DNA from: a bacterium
GTDB taxonomy: Bacteria; Patescibacteriota; Minisyncoccia; UBA6257; WO2-44-18
Direction: 5' to 3'
Assembly: GCA_030698695.1 (NCBI GenBank)
Contig: JAUYMR010000017.1
Span: 1 to 40,323, forward strand
DNA: 40,323 nt
Part shown: in pieces, positions 9,597-18,360 of the stretch
Position numbering within the stretch: position 1 is the first letter of the stretch
How the letters are laid out: each line of letters begins with the position of its first letter
The notes under the pieces: model-generated
What the model was told of the DNA's origin: nothing
What the model saw: only the letters and a program-made list of their open reading frames with translations
Databases searched by the model: none
Program-made: the position numbers and the translations under genes

Positions 9597-9617
9597 GCGC
9601 GTCGGTTATTTAAAGAT

Positions 9618-10049
9618 ATGAAAATTTTATTACTTCAAGATATTAAAGGCATCGGACGCAAGTATGATGTCAAAGAGGTTAAAGAAGGTTACGCCAGAAA
9701 TTTTTTACTACCCAGAAAATTAGCAGTCGTAGCCGATGAAAGAGCTTTGAGTATGAAGGCAGAATCAGAGATTTATGAGCGAACGCTATTGGATAAGAAT
9801 CGCGCCCTAGCTAAGGATATAGAAAATCAAGCGATTGTCTTTAAAGTTAAAACTGGAGACAAAAAGGAAGTTTTTGGATCTATTAAAAAAGAGGACATCA
9901 AGAAAGTTTTGATTGATAGGGGTTTTGATATAGTGGATGTGATATTGCCGCACCCATTGAAAAAAATAGGCGACCATTCAGTTGAGATCGCTTTTGGCAG
10001 GGGAATAAAAGGAAGGGCGATGGTTACTTTGCAGTCGATTGAGGAATAA
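9618..10049 (+). CDS. rplI: 50S ribosomal protein L9
   Basis: [13 protein letters not shown]...[13 protein letters not shown]; FGSI. Confidence 0.96.
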   Translation: MKILLLQDIKGIGRKYDVKEVKEGYARNFLLPRKLAVVADERALSMKAESEIYERTLLDKNRALAKDIENQAIVFKVKTGDKKEVFGSIKKEDIKKVLIDRGFDIVDVILPHPLKKIGDHSVEIAFGRGIKGRAMVTLQSIEE

Positions 10050-10314
10050 CGTTAACTACCTTTACATAGCGATGATTGCCGTCAAACCGTGTTTTTTTGG
10101 CGCTGGAGAACATTACTTTGCCGGTTACGCCAGCGTATAAAGTATCGTCGCCTCCACGACGAACGTTTTTGCCGGCTAAGTATTTAGAGCCTCTTTGGCG
10201 AATAATAATGCCGCCGATTTTAACGGTTTCATCATGATTGACCTTGACTCCAAGTCTTTTACTGATAGAGTCTCGTCCTAATTTAGTAGAGCCACCTGAT
10301 TTAGTATGTGCCAT
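10024..10314 (-). CDS. rpmA: 50S ribosomal protein L27
   Basis: [35 protein letters not shown]. Confidence 0.98.
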   Translation of the reverse strand: MAHTKSGGSTKLGRDSISKRLGVKVNHDETVKIGGIIIRQRGSKYLAGKNVRRGGDDTLYAGVTGKVMFSSAKKTRFDGNHRYVKVVNVIPQSTAK

Positions 10315-10401
10315 ATTAGTTGATTAATTTCGTGGTTGAGTAGTTTCTTAGCGGCGGACGCGCCGGATGAGACACTAGCCAACTTATAAAAGTATGATAA
10401 G

Positions 10402-10431
10402 ATTTTAGCACCATAGCTTTTATTAAGTCAA
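10402..10431 (-). promoter_or_regulatory. Promoter of rpmA
   Basis: Minus strand TTGACT-18 nt (ending TGC)-TAAAAT. Confidence 0.65.
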
Positions 10432-10442
10432 CTCTTCGCATT

Positions 10443-10580
10443 ATGAATTTTTGGCAAGAAAATAAAGTTAAAATATTCAATATAGTTTTATGGCTACTTC
10501 TGGTGGTGGCCAGTTTTGGCGTGGGATATTTGGTTGCCAAAGATAATAATCGAGCCCCGATAATTATTGAACAGCATTAG
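10443..10580 (+). CDS. Small single-pass membrane protein (45 aa), absent from the ORF track
   Basis: MNFWQENKVKIFNIVLWLLLVVASFGVGYLVAKDNNRAPIIIEQH*; fills the intergenic gap and ends next to the ndh stop. Confidence 0.65.
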   Translation: MNFWQENKVKIFNIVLWLLLVVASFGVGYLVAKDNNRAPIIIEQH

Positions 10581-10581
10581 C

Positions 10582-11871
10582 TTATCCCAGCCGGTCGTTT
10601 TTGATAAATATCCTTAACCCCTTAGACCAAAGTTTAACAGCTTGCCATGGATTGGTTATAGATAAAAGATAATTTAGTTCAACAAGTATTTTAAATATCC
10701 AACCCCAAAATCCGGATATGATTATTGATCCTAATTTAGCTATCGCATATTTGCCGCCGATGGGTATGACATAGGGATAGGTGATAGGTTGATAGATTCT
10801 ATGCTTTGTCTTGCTAGTTATTTCCTCTCTGGCTTTTATATCCTCAATAATATTGTTAGCTACAACGTCGGCCTGTACGAGCGCCGCTCGAGCGACTTTG
10901 GGAATGGTTTTTTCAGTAATCGGGTCGTAAAAACAAATAGCATCTCCTAAGGCATAAATTTTGCCGTATAGTTTTAAGTCTGGAGTGGCCGGCAAACATT
11001 CCATACCCGGAACGGTGACGATTTGTTTTCTTTTTTCCTCTCTTTTTAGGGGCAGGGTTTGCATAAGACTAGACGCCTTGACGCCGCCGGTCCAGATGAA
11101 TATATCATAATGAATTTCTCGGCCGCTTTTTAATAAAATCTTATTGGGTTTTATGCTATCAATAACTTCATTAAATGAAGTGTTGACGCCTATTTTTTTC
11201 AATCTGATAGAAGCTGATTCAATTATTTTTTCTTCAAATCCCGGCAAAATATTGGGAGCGGCTTCAATAATAGTGGTTTTGACATCGCAGCTATTCTTGG
11301 TTTCGGTCCTAAGCTCGCGAAGCCAGCCCTGTATTTCACCAGCCAGTTCCACGCCGGTAGAGCCACCGCCACCAATAACAATTTTTAAATCTTTTTTGCC
11401 ATCGCTGATATAATTGAGAATGCGATTACGTATCGCCAGAGCATCTATGAATGTTTTTAAAGACAGAGAATTTTCTTTTAGGCCCGGTATGTCAAAGTAG
11501 TTAACCTCTGACCCGATAGCTAATATTAAATAGTCATATTTAAGTCTGCCATTATCATAATGAATATCGCCCCCAATCAAATCCAAAGTGGTTATAGCGG
11601 CCCGTATAAAATTGATTTTGTATTTTCTAATAAGATTTCCAATTGGGATAGCGACAATTTCTTGCAGTTCTGGATAATTAGCCGTGGTTTTGGAAGTAGT
11701 GGCGGCTTCGTAAAGTGTGGGTGTGTAGGTATGGTAACTATTTTTATCCAACAAAATAACATCGTATTTTTTTTGAAGATGTAATTTCTTAATTTTTTTA
11801 GCTATGGCGATGGCGGTTCGTAAACCGCCGAATCCGGCGCCGAGAATAACAATAGACTGCTTTCGTTCCAT
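10582..11871 (-). CDS. ndh: Type II NADH dehydrogenase-like FAD-dependent oxidoreductase
   Basis: ILGAGFGG FAD motif, IGGGGSTGVELAGE NAD motif, WTGG, ALGD. Confidence 0.88.
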   Translation of the reverse strand: MERKQSIVILGAGFGGLRTAIAIAKKIKKLHLQKKYDVILLDKNSYHTYTPTLYEAATTSKTTANYPELQEIVAIPIGNLIRKYKINFIRAAITTLDLIGGDIHYDNGRLKYDYLILAIGSEVNYFDIPGLKENSLSLKTFIDALAIRNRILNYISDGKKDLKIVIGGGGSTGVELAGEIQGWLRELRTETKNSCDVKTTIIEAAPNILPGFEEKIIESASIRLKKIGVNTSFNEVIDSIKPNKILLKSGREIHYDIFIWTGGVKASSLMQTLPLKREEKRKQIVTVPGMECLPATPDLKLYGKIYALGDAICFYDPITEKTIPKVARAALVQADVVANNIIEDIKAREEITSKTKHRIYQPITYPYVIPIGGKYAIAKLGSIIISGFWGWIFKILVELNYLLSITNPWQAVKLWSKGLRIFIKNDRLG

Positions 11872-11908
11872 TGATATAAGTTTAGCAGATTTATGCTAAA
11901 ATTTAGAC

Positions 11909-12919
11909 ATGAAGTTTTTGAGTAAATTAAAGGGCGGCTTGCGTGGCCAAACTGTATTGTTGCGAGTAGATTTCAATGTTGAGGGAGTGCATGATGCGCT
12001 AAGACTTTGCGCCGTTTTGCCGACCATAAAATTTTTGTTAAACAGAAAGGCTAAAATCATAATTTTGAGTCATCGTGGTAGGCCAACTCGCAAAACTCCA
12101 TCTTTGAGTTTAAAATTTTGTTTAAAATTTTTAGAAAAGAATGTCGGTCGGAAAATAACATTTCTGTCCACCATACCAGATAAACTTCCTATGGGAGAAT
12201 TGTTTGTGTTGGAGAATTTGCGTTTTTGGCCAGGAGAGGACGATAACGATATAGTTTTTGCTAGAAAACTGGCTGAGCTGGGAAATGTTTATGTAAATGA
12301 CGCTTTCGGCGTTTCTCATAGGGCCAATGCCTCGGTTACTAGATTGCCTAAATTATTGCCAGCTTATGCCGGCTTGCTATTAGAAAAAGAGATCAAGACC
12401 TTATCTAGTGTTATGAGATCGCCTCGTCAGCCGTTGGTTTTGATTTTCGGCGGAGCGAAGGTGGGAGATAAAATACCGGTTGTTAAGAAATTATTACCCA
12501 AGACGTCGGTGGTTTTACTAGGTTCATCAGTAATTGGTGATCGTAGTTTATTGCCCAAATCCAACAAGATACTTTGGCCGATAGATTGGTTGGCCGAAAA
12601 AGATCGGGCTTTTGACATAGGTCCGCTGACCGTTGATGTCTACGGTCAAATTATTAAAAAAGCCGGGACGATTATTTGGAATGGCCCCGTTGGCAGGTTT
12701 GAAGATAAAAAGTTTGCCGCCGGATCTATGTCAATTGCCAATTTAATAGCCAGAAGTAACGCTAATGTTATTATTGGCGGTGGCGAGACGACAACTGTAT
12801 TCCAAATGTCTCAAAGAAATCATAGCATTAGAAAAAATATATTTTTATCTACTGGCGGTGGGGCTATGTTGGCTCTGCTAAGCGGCAAAAAATTGCCGGG
12901 AATAGAAGCTCTTAAATAG
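11909..12919 (+). CDS. pgk: Phosphoglycerate kinase (compact, 336 aa)
   Basis: LRVDFNV, SHRGRP, LENLRF, NDAFG..HR, GGAKV, WNGPVG, STGGGA. Confidence 0.96.
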   Translation: MKFLSKLKGGLRGQTVLLRVDFNVEGVHDALRLCAVLPTIKFLLNRKAKIIILSHRGRPTRKTPSLSLKFCLKFLEKNVGRKITFLSTIPDKLPMGELFVLENLRFWPGEDDNDIVFARKLAELGNVYVNDAFGVSHRANASVTRLPKLLPAYAGLLLEKEIKTLSSVMRSPRQPLVLIFGGAKVGDKIPVVKKLLPKTSVVLLGSSVIGDRSLLPKSNKILWPIDWLAEKDRAFDIGPLTVDVYGQIIKKAGTIIWNGPVGRFEDKKFAAGSMSIANLIARSNANVIIGGGETTTVFQMSQRNHSIRKNIFLSTGGGAMLALLSGKKLPGIEALK

Positions 12920-12970
12920 TCATTAAGCGATTCAATAATTTAATAACTCAATTATTACTAATAAAAAACC

Positions 12971-13807
12971 ATGCGTGATATAATCGTTATTTTTCATGGA
13001 GATTGTCCAGATGGGTTTAGTGGCGGTTGGGCGGCCTGGAAGAGGTTCGGCAATAGAGCTACCTATATTGCCGCCAAACATCATTTTCCACCCGTGACCA
13101 ATCTTAAAAACAAAGAAATTTACTTTGTAGATTTTATTTATCCCACAGAGATCACTAAAAAACTTATAAAAAACAACAAGCGGGTAGTTTTGATAGACCA
13201 TCATATTTCAGCCAAGCCCATAGCTAAACTTATCAAAGAAAAGCTATATCGTACCACTAATTCCGGCGCGGTGTTGGCTTGGCAATATTTTCATCCAGGT
13301 AAAAAAGTTCCTAAAATGTTGCTACACGTAGAGGATGTTGATCGTTGGCAATTCAAATTGCCGCATACTAGAGAAATTTCAGCTTACATCAACTTGTTTG
13401 ATTATAGTTTTAAAAATTGGAGCAAAATAGTGACTGACATAGATAACAAGAAAAAACTTAAAGAAATTATTAGTCATGGTAAGTGGGTATTAAAATATGA
13501 AGATCAATGGATAAACAAATTAATAAACAATGCTCAACTAGTAAAATTTTGTGGCTATAAAACGTTGATTGTTAATTCGCCCGTTTTGAATTCTGATATC
13601 GGCAATCGGCTTACAAAGATGCTACCGCCCGTAGGCATCGTTTGGAGTCAGAAAAGCGATGGGAAAATAGCAGTCTCTTTAAGATCAAGCGGCAGAGTTG
13701 ATGTTTCCAAATTGGCGGCAAAGTTTGGCGGTGGCGGACACAAGAGGGCGGCGGGTTTTGCCATAGATTCAAAAGAAAAATTTCCTTGGAAAGCTATCAA
13801 GAGTTAG
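12971..13807 (+). CDS. DHH/DHHA1 family phosphoesterase (NrnA-like)
   Basis: HGDCPDG, IDHH, SLRS, GGGGHKRAAG. Confidence 0.92.
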   Translation: MRDIIVIFHGDCPDGFSGGWAAWKRFGNRATYIAAKHHFPPVTNLKNKEIYFVDFIYPTEITKKLIKNNKRVVLIDHHISAKPIAKLIKEKLYRTTNSGAVLAWQYFHPGKKVPKMLLHVEDVDRWQFKLPHTREISAYINLFDYSFKNWSKIVTDIDNKKKLKEIISHGKWVLKYEDQWINKLINNAQLVKFCGYKTLIVNSPVLNSDIGNRLTKMLPPVGIVWSQKSDGKIAVSLRSSGRVDVSKLAAKFGGGGHKRAAGFAIDSKEKFPWKAIKS

Positions 13808-13872
13808 TCGGTGAGTTGTTTAATTGGTACGAAAAAGTTATCTGATCGGTTTAGTAGTTTAATCAATAAAAA

Positions 13873-14292
13873 ATGAACACGCTTTTTGATGATAAAAGAT
13901 TAGTGATTTATACCGATGGGGGAGCTAGGGGCAACCCCGGCCCAGCGGCTATCGGCGTAGTGGTTGGAAGTAAAAAATATGGTGAATACATTGGTGAAGC
14001 TACTAATAATGTCGCTGAATACAAAGCCGTTATTTTTGCTTTAAAAAAAGCCAAGGCGTTAATCGGCAAAAAAAAGGCGGCCGACGTAGAATTAGAAGTT
14101 AATATGGACAGTGAGTTAGTAGTTAGGCAATTAAACGGTGACTATAAGATTTTAGATGAAAATTTACAGCCGCTTTTTGTTGAGGTTTGGAATTTAAGAT
14201 TGGATTTTGGGGGGATTATTTTTAGACATGTTCCGCGCGAAAAAAATAAAGAGGCCGATGGATTGGTTAATGAAGCTCTTGACAATCAATAG
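13873..14292 (+). CDS. rnhA: Ribonuclease HI family protein
   Basis: YTDGGARGNPG, TNNVAEY, DSELV, HVPREKNKEAD. Confidence 0.93.
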   Translation: MNTLFDDKRLVIYTDGGARGNPGPAAIGVVVGSKKYGEYIGEATNNVAEYKAVIFALKKAKALIGKKKAADVELEVNMDSELVVRQLNGDYKILDENLQPLFVEVWNLRLDFGGIIFRHVPREKNKEADGLVNEALDNQ

Positions 14293-14306
14293 CTATCTGC
14301 CATAAT
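14279..14306 (+). promoter_or_regulatory. sigma70 promoter for the candidate ncRNA
   Basis: TTGACA (14279-84), 16 nt spacer ending TGC, CATAAT (14301-06). Confidence 0.65.
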
Positions 14307-14312
14307 GGTCAT

Positions 14313-14606
14313 ATCGCACATTGATTGAAGGTTTATATCGAGGTTAGGACTGAAATTGGCCCGCGATGTCGCAGTTATGACGCCGCGGCGCGGCTGCGAA
14401 TCTTGTCTGGAGTCAGATTCATAGTTTTCTGGTTGTGGGAACTCTGTCTCTAGACAAAAAGCGGGATCCTCTCGGTCCAACCTCGATACTAATTTTTACC
14501 GGGATTAGGCACCGGCCTGTCTAGTCGGAATGCTTGGTCCCAATGGTGACGTGCGCCCCGTGAGGCAGCCCCCGTACGATATTTTCATCGTACGGGGGCC
14601 TTTTTT
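14313..14606 (+). ncRNA. Unidentified structured non-coding RNA (possibly 6S-like)
   Basis: GC-rich, no credible ORF, nested helices with G-U pairs that favour the + strand, flanked by promoter and terminator. Confidence 0.7.
14568..14606 (+). terminator. Intrinsic terminator
   Basis: GCCCCCGTACGAT-ATTTTC-ATCGTACGGGGGC followed by CTTTTTT. Confidence 0.9.
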
Positions 14607-14748
14607 ATTAATAAGATTATTAATTTAAAATGAATTCGAAAACGATGAAAATAAATTCAAAGAATCATAATTAGAGAGCGGCAAAGCGGGGCGAGGGGGC
14701 GTGTTGCTGCTATTGACTTATATAGTAGTATCTGATATAATTAATAAC

Positions 14749-15969
14749 ATGATTAATATGAATAAATATATCGCGATTGTTACAATTTTATTGTCTTTGG
14801 GATTGATTCTTCAGGTTGCCCAAGCTAAAAACAATAGTTTCCCTGTCTGGGATCAGATATCAGATAAATCTGTTATAGCGGGACAAACTATTCAATTTAC
14901 TGTTAATGCTTCAGATCCGGATGGAGATGCTTTGTCGTATCAAATCGTGAATTTGCCCAAAGGCGCTACTTTTAATAGTTCTAGCAGAATATTTAATTGG
15001 AATCCCAACGAAGGTCAAGTTGGCGGTTGGTTGGTATGGTTTAAAGTTTCAGATGGCCAGCATTTATCTGAAATGATGATTTATGTCAGCGTGATTAGTT
15101 CTCAACAAACGGGCTCAGCTAATACCTCTACTAATGTAACCAATGATGATGCGATTTATTACACTAATTATACTGCTTCGCCGACATTTCTTAGTTTCAA
15201 TCCCTCTCTGACAGCTACCGAGGGCGTGCTTTACAATTATCAAATTCAAGCGGCTAGCAATAACGGCAGTATGACCAAATATCGTTTAACCGATTATCCT
15301 GGTGGTATGTTTATCAATGAAACAGCTGGTCTGATAGCTTGGGTGCCGAATGAGAATCAAGGACGCGCTGAACCATATCAAGTTACTGTGGTTGCTACTA
15401 ATGGTCAGTGGGAATCGAGCAGAACTTTTTATATTACAGTTAATGATGTTCAGACTTCTGAAACTATAACTAATAATACTTCTGGTAACAAAAACGCGTC
15501 AGTGCCTACATCCGGTAAATCGGCCAAAGAAGTTATAGAGGTGAGCGATGTCGTGATTGAAGCTAAAGATAATGGCGATATCGTTGTTAGTTGGAATACC
15601 AATCTGCCGACAAGGGACAGAATAATTTATGACATTGTTTCCGAAGCTGATCGCACTAGCGACTATGAATATGCTTATGCCAGTTCGGAAAGCGATGAGT
15701 TGTCTAAAAATCACGAAGTTAATTTAGGCAAATTAGACGTCGGTCAGACATATTATTTTCGCATAGTTTCCAAAACCGATAAAACCGTTAAGATCGGCCA
15801 AGAGAGGATTTTTGTTCGTTTGGCTGATGGGGCTATAAATGATTTGGGTCTAGCTTCCGCTTTCACTGCGTTGGGCAGTCTCTTATTCAGTCCAGGTATT
15901 TTGTTTATAGTTATTATTATACTAGGATTTATGCTATATCGTGCTAGAAAGAAATCAGATTTGATATAA
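14749..15969 (+). CDS. Cell-surface protein with cadherin/He_PIG Ig-like repeats, an FN3-like domain and a C-terminal TM anchor
   Basis: Signal peptide (AQA); ASDPDGDALSY..NLPKGA.F, WNP...VSDG; a second Ig repeat; VSWNT...TYYFRI; C-terminal TM plus basic tail; start set by TTGACT-17-TATAAT 7 nt upstream. Confidence 0.85.
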   Translation: MINMNKYIAIVTILLSLGLILQVAQAKNNSFPVWDQISDKSVIAGQTIQFTVNASDPDGDALSYQIVNLPKGATFNSSSRIFNWNPNEGQVGGWLVWFKVSDGQHLSEMMIYVSVISSQQTGSANTSTNVTNDDAIYYTNYTASPTFLSFNPSLTATEGVLYNYQIQAASNNGSMTKYRLTDYPGGMFINETAGLIAWVPNENQGRAEPYQVTVVATNGQWESSRTFYITVNDVQTSETITNNTSGNKNASVPTSGKSAKEVIEVSDVVIEAKDNGDIVVSWNTNLPTRDRIIYDIVSEADRTSDYEYAYASSESDELSKNHEVNLGKLDVGQTYYFRIVSKTDKTVKIGQERIFVRLADGAINDLGLASAFTALGSLLFSPGILFIVIIILGFMLYRARKKSDLI

Positions 15970-16005
15970 AATTTTCTTGGGTTTAGAGATCGTCGATCAA
16001 AAACT

Positions 16006-16035
16006 AAAAACCCCCGCCTTGCGGCGGGGATTTTT
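16006..16035. terminator. Bidirectional terminator
   Basis: AAAAACCCCCGCC-TTGC-GGCGGGGATTTTT between the surface-protein gene and rnpB. Confidence 0.8.
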
Positions 16036-16040
16036 AATAG

Positions 16041-16068
16041 TCCGCCTCAGCTTAAAGCTTCGGCGGGA
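16041..16068. repeat. Short palindromic element abutting the rnpB 3' end
   Basis: TCCGCC-TC-AGCTT-A-AAGCT-TC-GGCGGGA. Confidence 0.55.
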
Positions 16069-16070
16069 CA

Positions 16071-16428
16071 AGCTGGTAATTCATAAGCCGGATTCTGTAT
16101 CAAGCAATCATTTATCTGGGATCAATATTACTATTGACCTCTAGCGGCACTCCCGCCTCAATGGCGGGCGCGGCCTTGCGCCCAGTAAGGATTTAGCCGT
16201 TTCATTCCAGTCTTTTAATCTCTATAACTGGACTAGACCAACTAGCTTGAGATTGGGTCTTCCGATTCCTTTCGAAACCGGACGTTTCTGCTCGCACCTC
16301 TGTATCACTACTGATGGATGTTATCCATTACTATTTTATCCCGATAAACATCGGGAGAGCGTCCGGACTTTCCTCCCAGTTCTTTTGACATTCGTCATGG
16401 GTCTGGGCGATTGCCCGAATTACCAGCT
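16071..16428 (-). ncRNA. rnpB: RNase P RNA
   Basis: Minus strand carries GAGGAAAGTCCGG and ACAGAATCCGGCTTAT (P4 halves); ends pair through AGCTGGTAATTC/GAATTACCAGCT (P1). Confidence 0.95.
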
Positions 16429-16471
16429 AGTTTTAAGATAACATAAAATACTATATTTTGCAATAGATAGA

Positions 16472-16501
16472 TTGACTTATCCAAATAATGTGTGCTATAA
16501 T
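16472..16501 (+). promoter_or_regulatory. Promoter of orphan gene 16549
   Basis: TTGACT-18 nt ending TGC-TATAAT. Confidence 0.75.
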
Positions 16502-16548
16502 TAACTTTAGTAACTTGAACATATTAACTCTATTTCCTGGAGGAAATA

Positions 16549-16875
16549 ATGGAGATTGGGAAGCCAGAAGTGATTAGGGTTGTGCGTGATGAGAGCGGCC
16601 AAGTTTTACTAGTAGAGATACAACAGGAGGATGAGAGTGGCCTTATCCACAAGGCCACTTATCGTCGCATTAACGGGAAGATGATCCCCACAGATAAGAC
16701 GGTGACGGGTGGGCGGCTTGTCCAGAGTGATATTCCGTACTTCGTTTTGAAGTCCATGCGTAGGATAGCTATGGCCATATTTAATAAAAAAAATCCACCC
16801 AATGATCCGGAGGGACAAGCCGCCCTAGCCCAAAAGGTAGGGGAAGGAACGATGCTTCAACCGGAGTTGTTTTAA
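16549..16875 (+). CDS. Hypothetical protein (108 aa)
   Basis: GGAGG SD, own promoter and terminator; no recognisable family. Confidence 0.8.
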   Translation: MEIGKPEVIRVVRDESGQVLLVEIQQEDESGLIHKATYRRINGKMIPTDKTVTGGRLVQSDIPYFVLKSMRRIAMAIFNKKNPPNDPEGQAALAQKVGEGTMLQPELF

Positions 16876-16885
16876 ATAAAAAAAC

Positions 16886-16915
16886 ATCCCCCAACGGTAA
16901 CCGTTGGGGGATTTT
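16886..16915 (+). terminator. Intrinsic terminator
   Basis: ATCCCCCAACGG-TAA-CCGTTGGGGGAT-TTT. Confidence 0.8.
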
Positions 16916-16919
16916 CATA

Positions 16920-16959
16920 GCATAACATTATAATAGAATATTCTGTTATAATGTTATGC
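16920..16959. repeat. 40-bp near-perfect palindrome
   Basis: GCATAACATTATAATAGAAT|ATTCTGTTATAATGTTATGC with one mismatched pair. Confidence 0.85.
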
Positions 16960-17040
16960 CTTTGAGGATGTGGGCAATAATAAAAGATAAAGACAATGAC
17001 AAAAAATGAGACTTAGCGCCGCCCGGCGCGGTTTTACTAA

Positions 17041-17067
17041 TTAGCACTCTTGACATGAGAGTGCTAA
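17041..17067. promoter_or_regulatory. CIRCE operator (HrcA binding site)
   Basis: Exact TTAGCACTC-N9-GAGTGCTAA; the spacer contains TTGACA (-35). Confidence 0.97.
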
Positions 17068-17093
17068 TAGCTAATAATAATTTTAATTGCTTA

Positions 17094-17780
17094 ATGACTA
17101 TTAATTCAAGAACACAATCAATTTTAGAAACAGCCATTCGTGATTATATAAGAACTGGCAAACCTGTTAGTTCTGAACAATTATGTTGCGATCATGATTT
17201 TGGCGTCAGGCCGGCGACTATTAGATCCGAATTGAATTGTTTAATTGACGGAGGGTTTTTAATGCAACCGCATACTTCGGCCGGACGCGTGCCAACTGAT
17301 AAGGGTTATAGGTTTTTAGTGGATAATATCTTAGAAAATATAGCCGATGACATTATTCTAACAAGATCGCGTCTTAGAAATTTATTTGCCGAGGAGGCAA
17401 GTAAATTGGTGCAAGATTTGGCGGCGGAATTAAATTTATTAGGCGTTGGCTATGAGGCCAACGATGGTGATTTACACAAAGAAGGATTGGGCGGTCTTTT
17501 TGCTAAACTTGACTTAGCTGACAAAAAAGATATTTTTGAGATTATTAGTGATTTTGAAATGATAGATGATCGCATTGATAATATTATGAATCATATTTCG
17601 GGGCAAAAACCCAATGTTTTTATTGGCAAGAGCCCGATTACTAAAAGTCGTCATCTTTCAGTGGTGGCTGATATTTACAATAGGAATGGCGAACAATTAG
17701 TGTTGTTGGCAATTGGGCCCAAAAGAATGAATTACCCCAAAGTTATACAAACATTTACGATATTACATCAATATGAATGA
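17094..17780 (+). CDS. hrcA: Heat-inducible transcription repressor HrcA (short form)
   Basis: YIRTGKPVSS, ATIRSEL, QPHTSAGRVPTDKGYR, IGPKRMNY; start moved downstream of CIRCE. Confidence 0.93.
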   Translation: MTINSRTQSILETAIRDYIRTGKPVSSEQLCCDHDFGVRPATIRSELNCLIDGGFLMQPHTSAGRVPTDKGYRFLVDNILENIADDIILTRSRLRNLFAEEASKLVQDLAAELNLLGVGYEANDGDLHKEGLGGLFAKLDLADKKDIFEIISDFEMIDDRIDNIMNHISGQKPNVFIGKSPITKSRHLSVVADIYNRNGEQLVLLAIGPKRMNYPKVIQTFTILHQYE

Positions 17781-18273
17781 TTATAAAGAAAAAAATAATA
17801 TGGGAGATGCCCAAGATGATTCCCAAACTGATTTACAAAAATGCGAACAGGCCAGAGACGAGAATCTCAATGGCTGGAAGAGGGCTAAGGCGGACCTGAT
17901 CAATTATCAGAAGGATGAGGTTAAGCGATTAGAAGAAATGGCGAAATTTAGCAATTGGGATTTAATAAGAGAATTAGTCGCTGTTTTAGATAGTTTTGCC
18001 GCCATGGAGGCCAGCGGCAACAACGATGGGGGCGATGCGTCCGATTTGAAAGGACTTTTGATGATCGGGCGTCAGTTGGAAGATGTTTTGAAAAAACGTG
18101 GTTTAGAAAGAATAAAAGCCGAAGTTGGCCAACAATTGGATACATCATTGCACGAGGCAGTGGAAGAGATGGCGGCTAACGGACCGCCCGGTAGCATTGT
18201 TGAAGAGGTCGGAAGAGGATATGTATTTAATGGCCGTGTCGTTAGGCCGGCAAGAGTTAAGATTAATAAATAA
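17773..18273 (+). CDS. grpE: Nucleotide exchange factor GrpE
   Basis: RAKADLINY, LHEAV, GY...GRVVRPARV. Confidence 0.96.
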   Translation: MNDYKEKNNMGDAQDDSQTDLQKCEQARDENLNGWKRAKADLINYQKDEVKRLEEMAKFSNWDLIRELVAVLDSFAAMEASGNNDGGDASDLKGLLMIGRQLEDVLKKRGLERIKAEVGQQLDTSLHEAVEEMAANGPPGSIVEEVGRGYVFNGRVVRPARVKINK

Positions 18274-18360
18274 AAATATAAAGTATCAAGTATCAAGTAT
18301 CGGGCTTCAGATATCAAGCTTTATGATATATGACGCGCGACACATGATATATTAAACAAT

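Noticed and set aside
14286-14480. 64-aa minus-strand ORF
   Set aside because: Antisense to the structured RNA; promoter, terminator and G-U pairs all favour a + strand RNA
14545-14570. SRP RNA helix 8 (CC-GTGA-GG-CAGC)
   Set aside because: A GNRA-like loop is present, but the conserved CAGG/AGCA internal loop is not properly formed
16247-16441. 64-aa ORF
   Set aside because: Antisense to rnpB
18278-18354. CRISPR array or 76-aa ORF 18125-18355
   Set aside because: Only 7-nt degenerate periodicity with no repeat-spacer structure or cas genes; the ORF overlaps grpE out of frame
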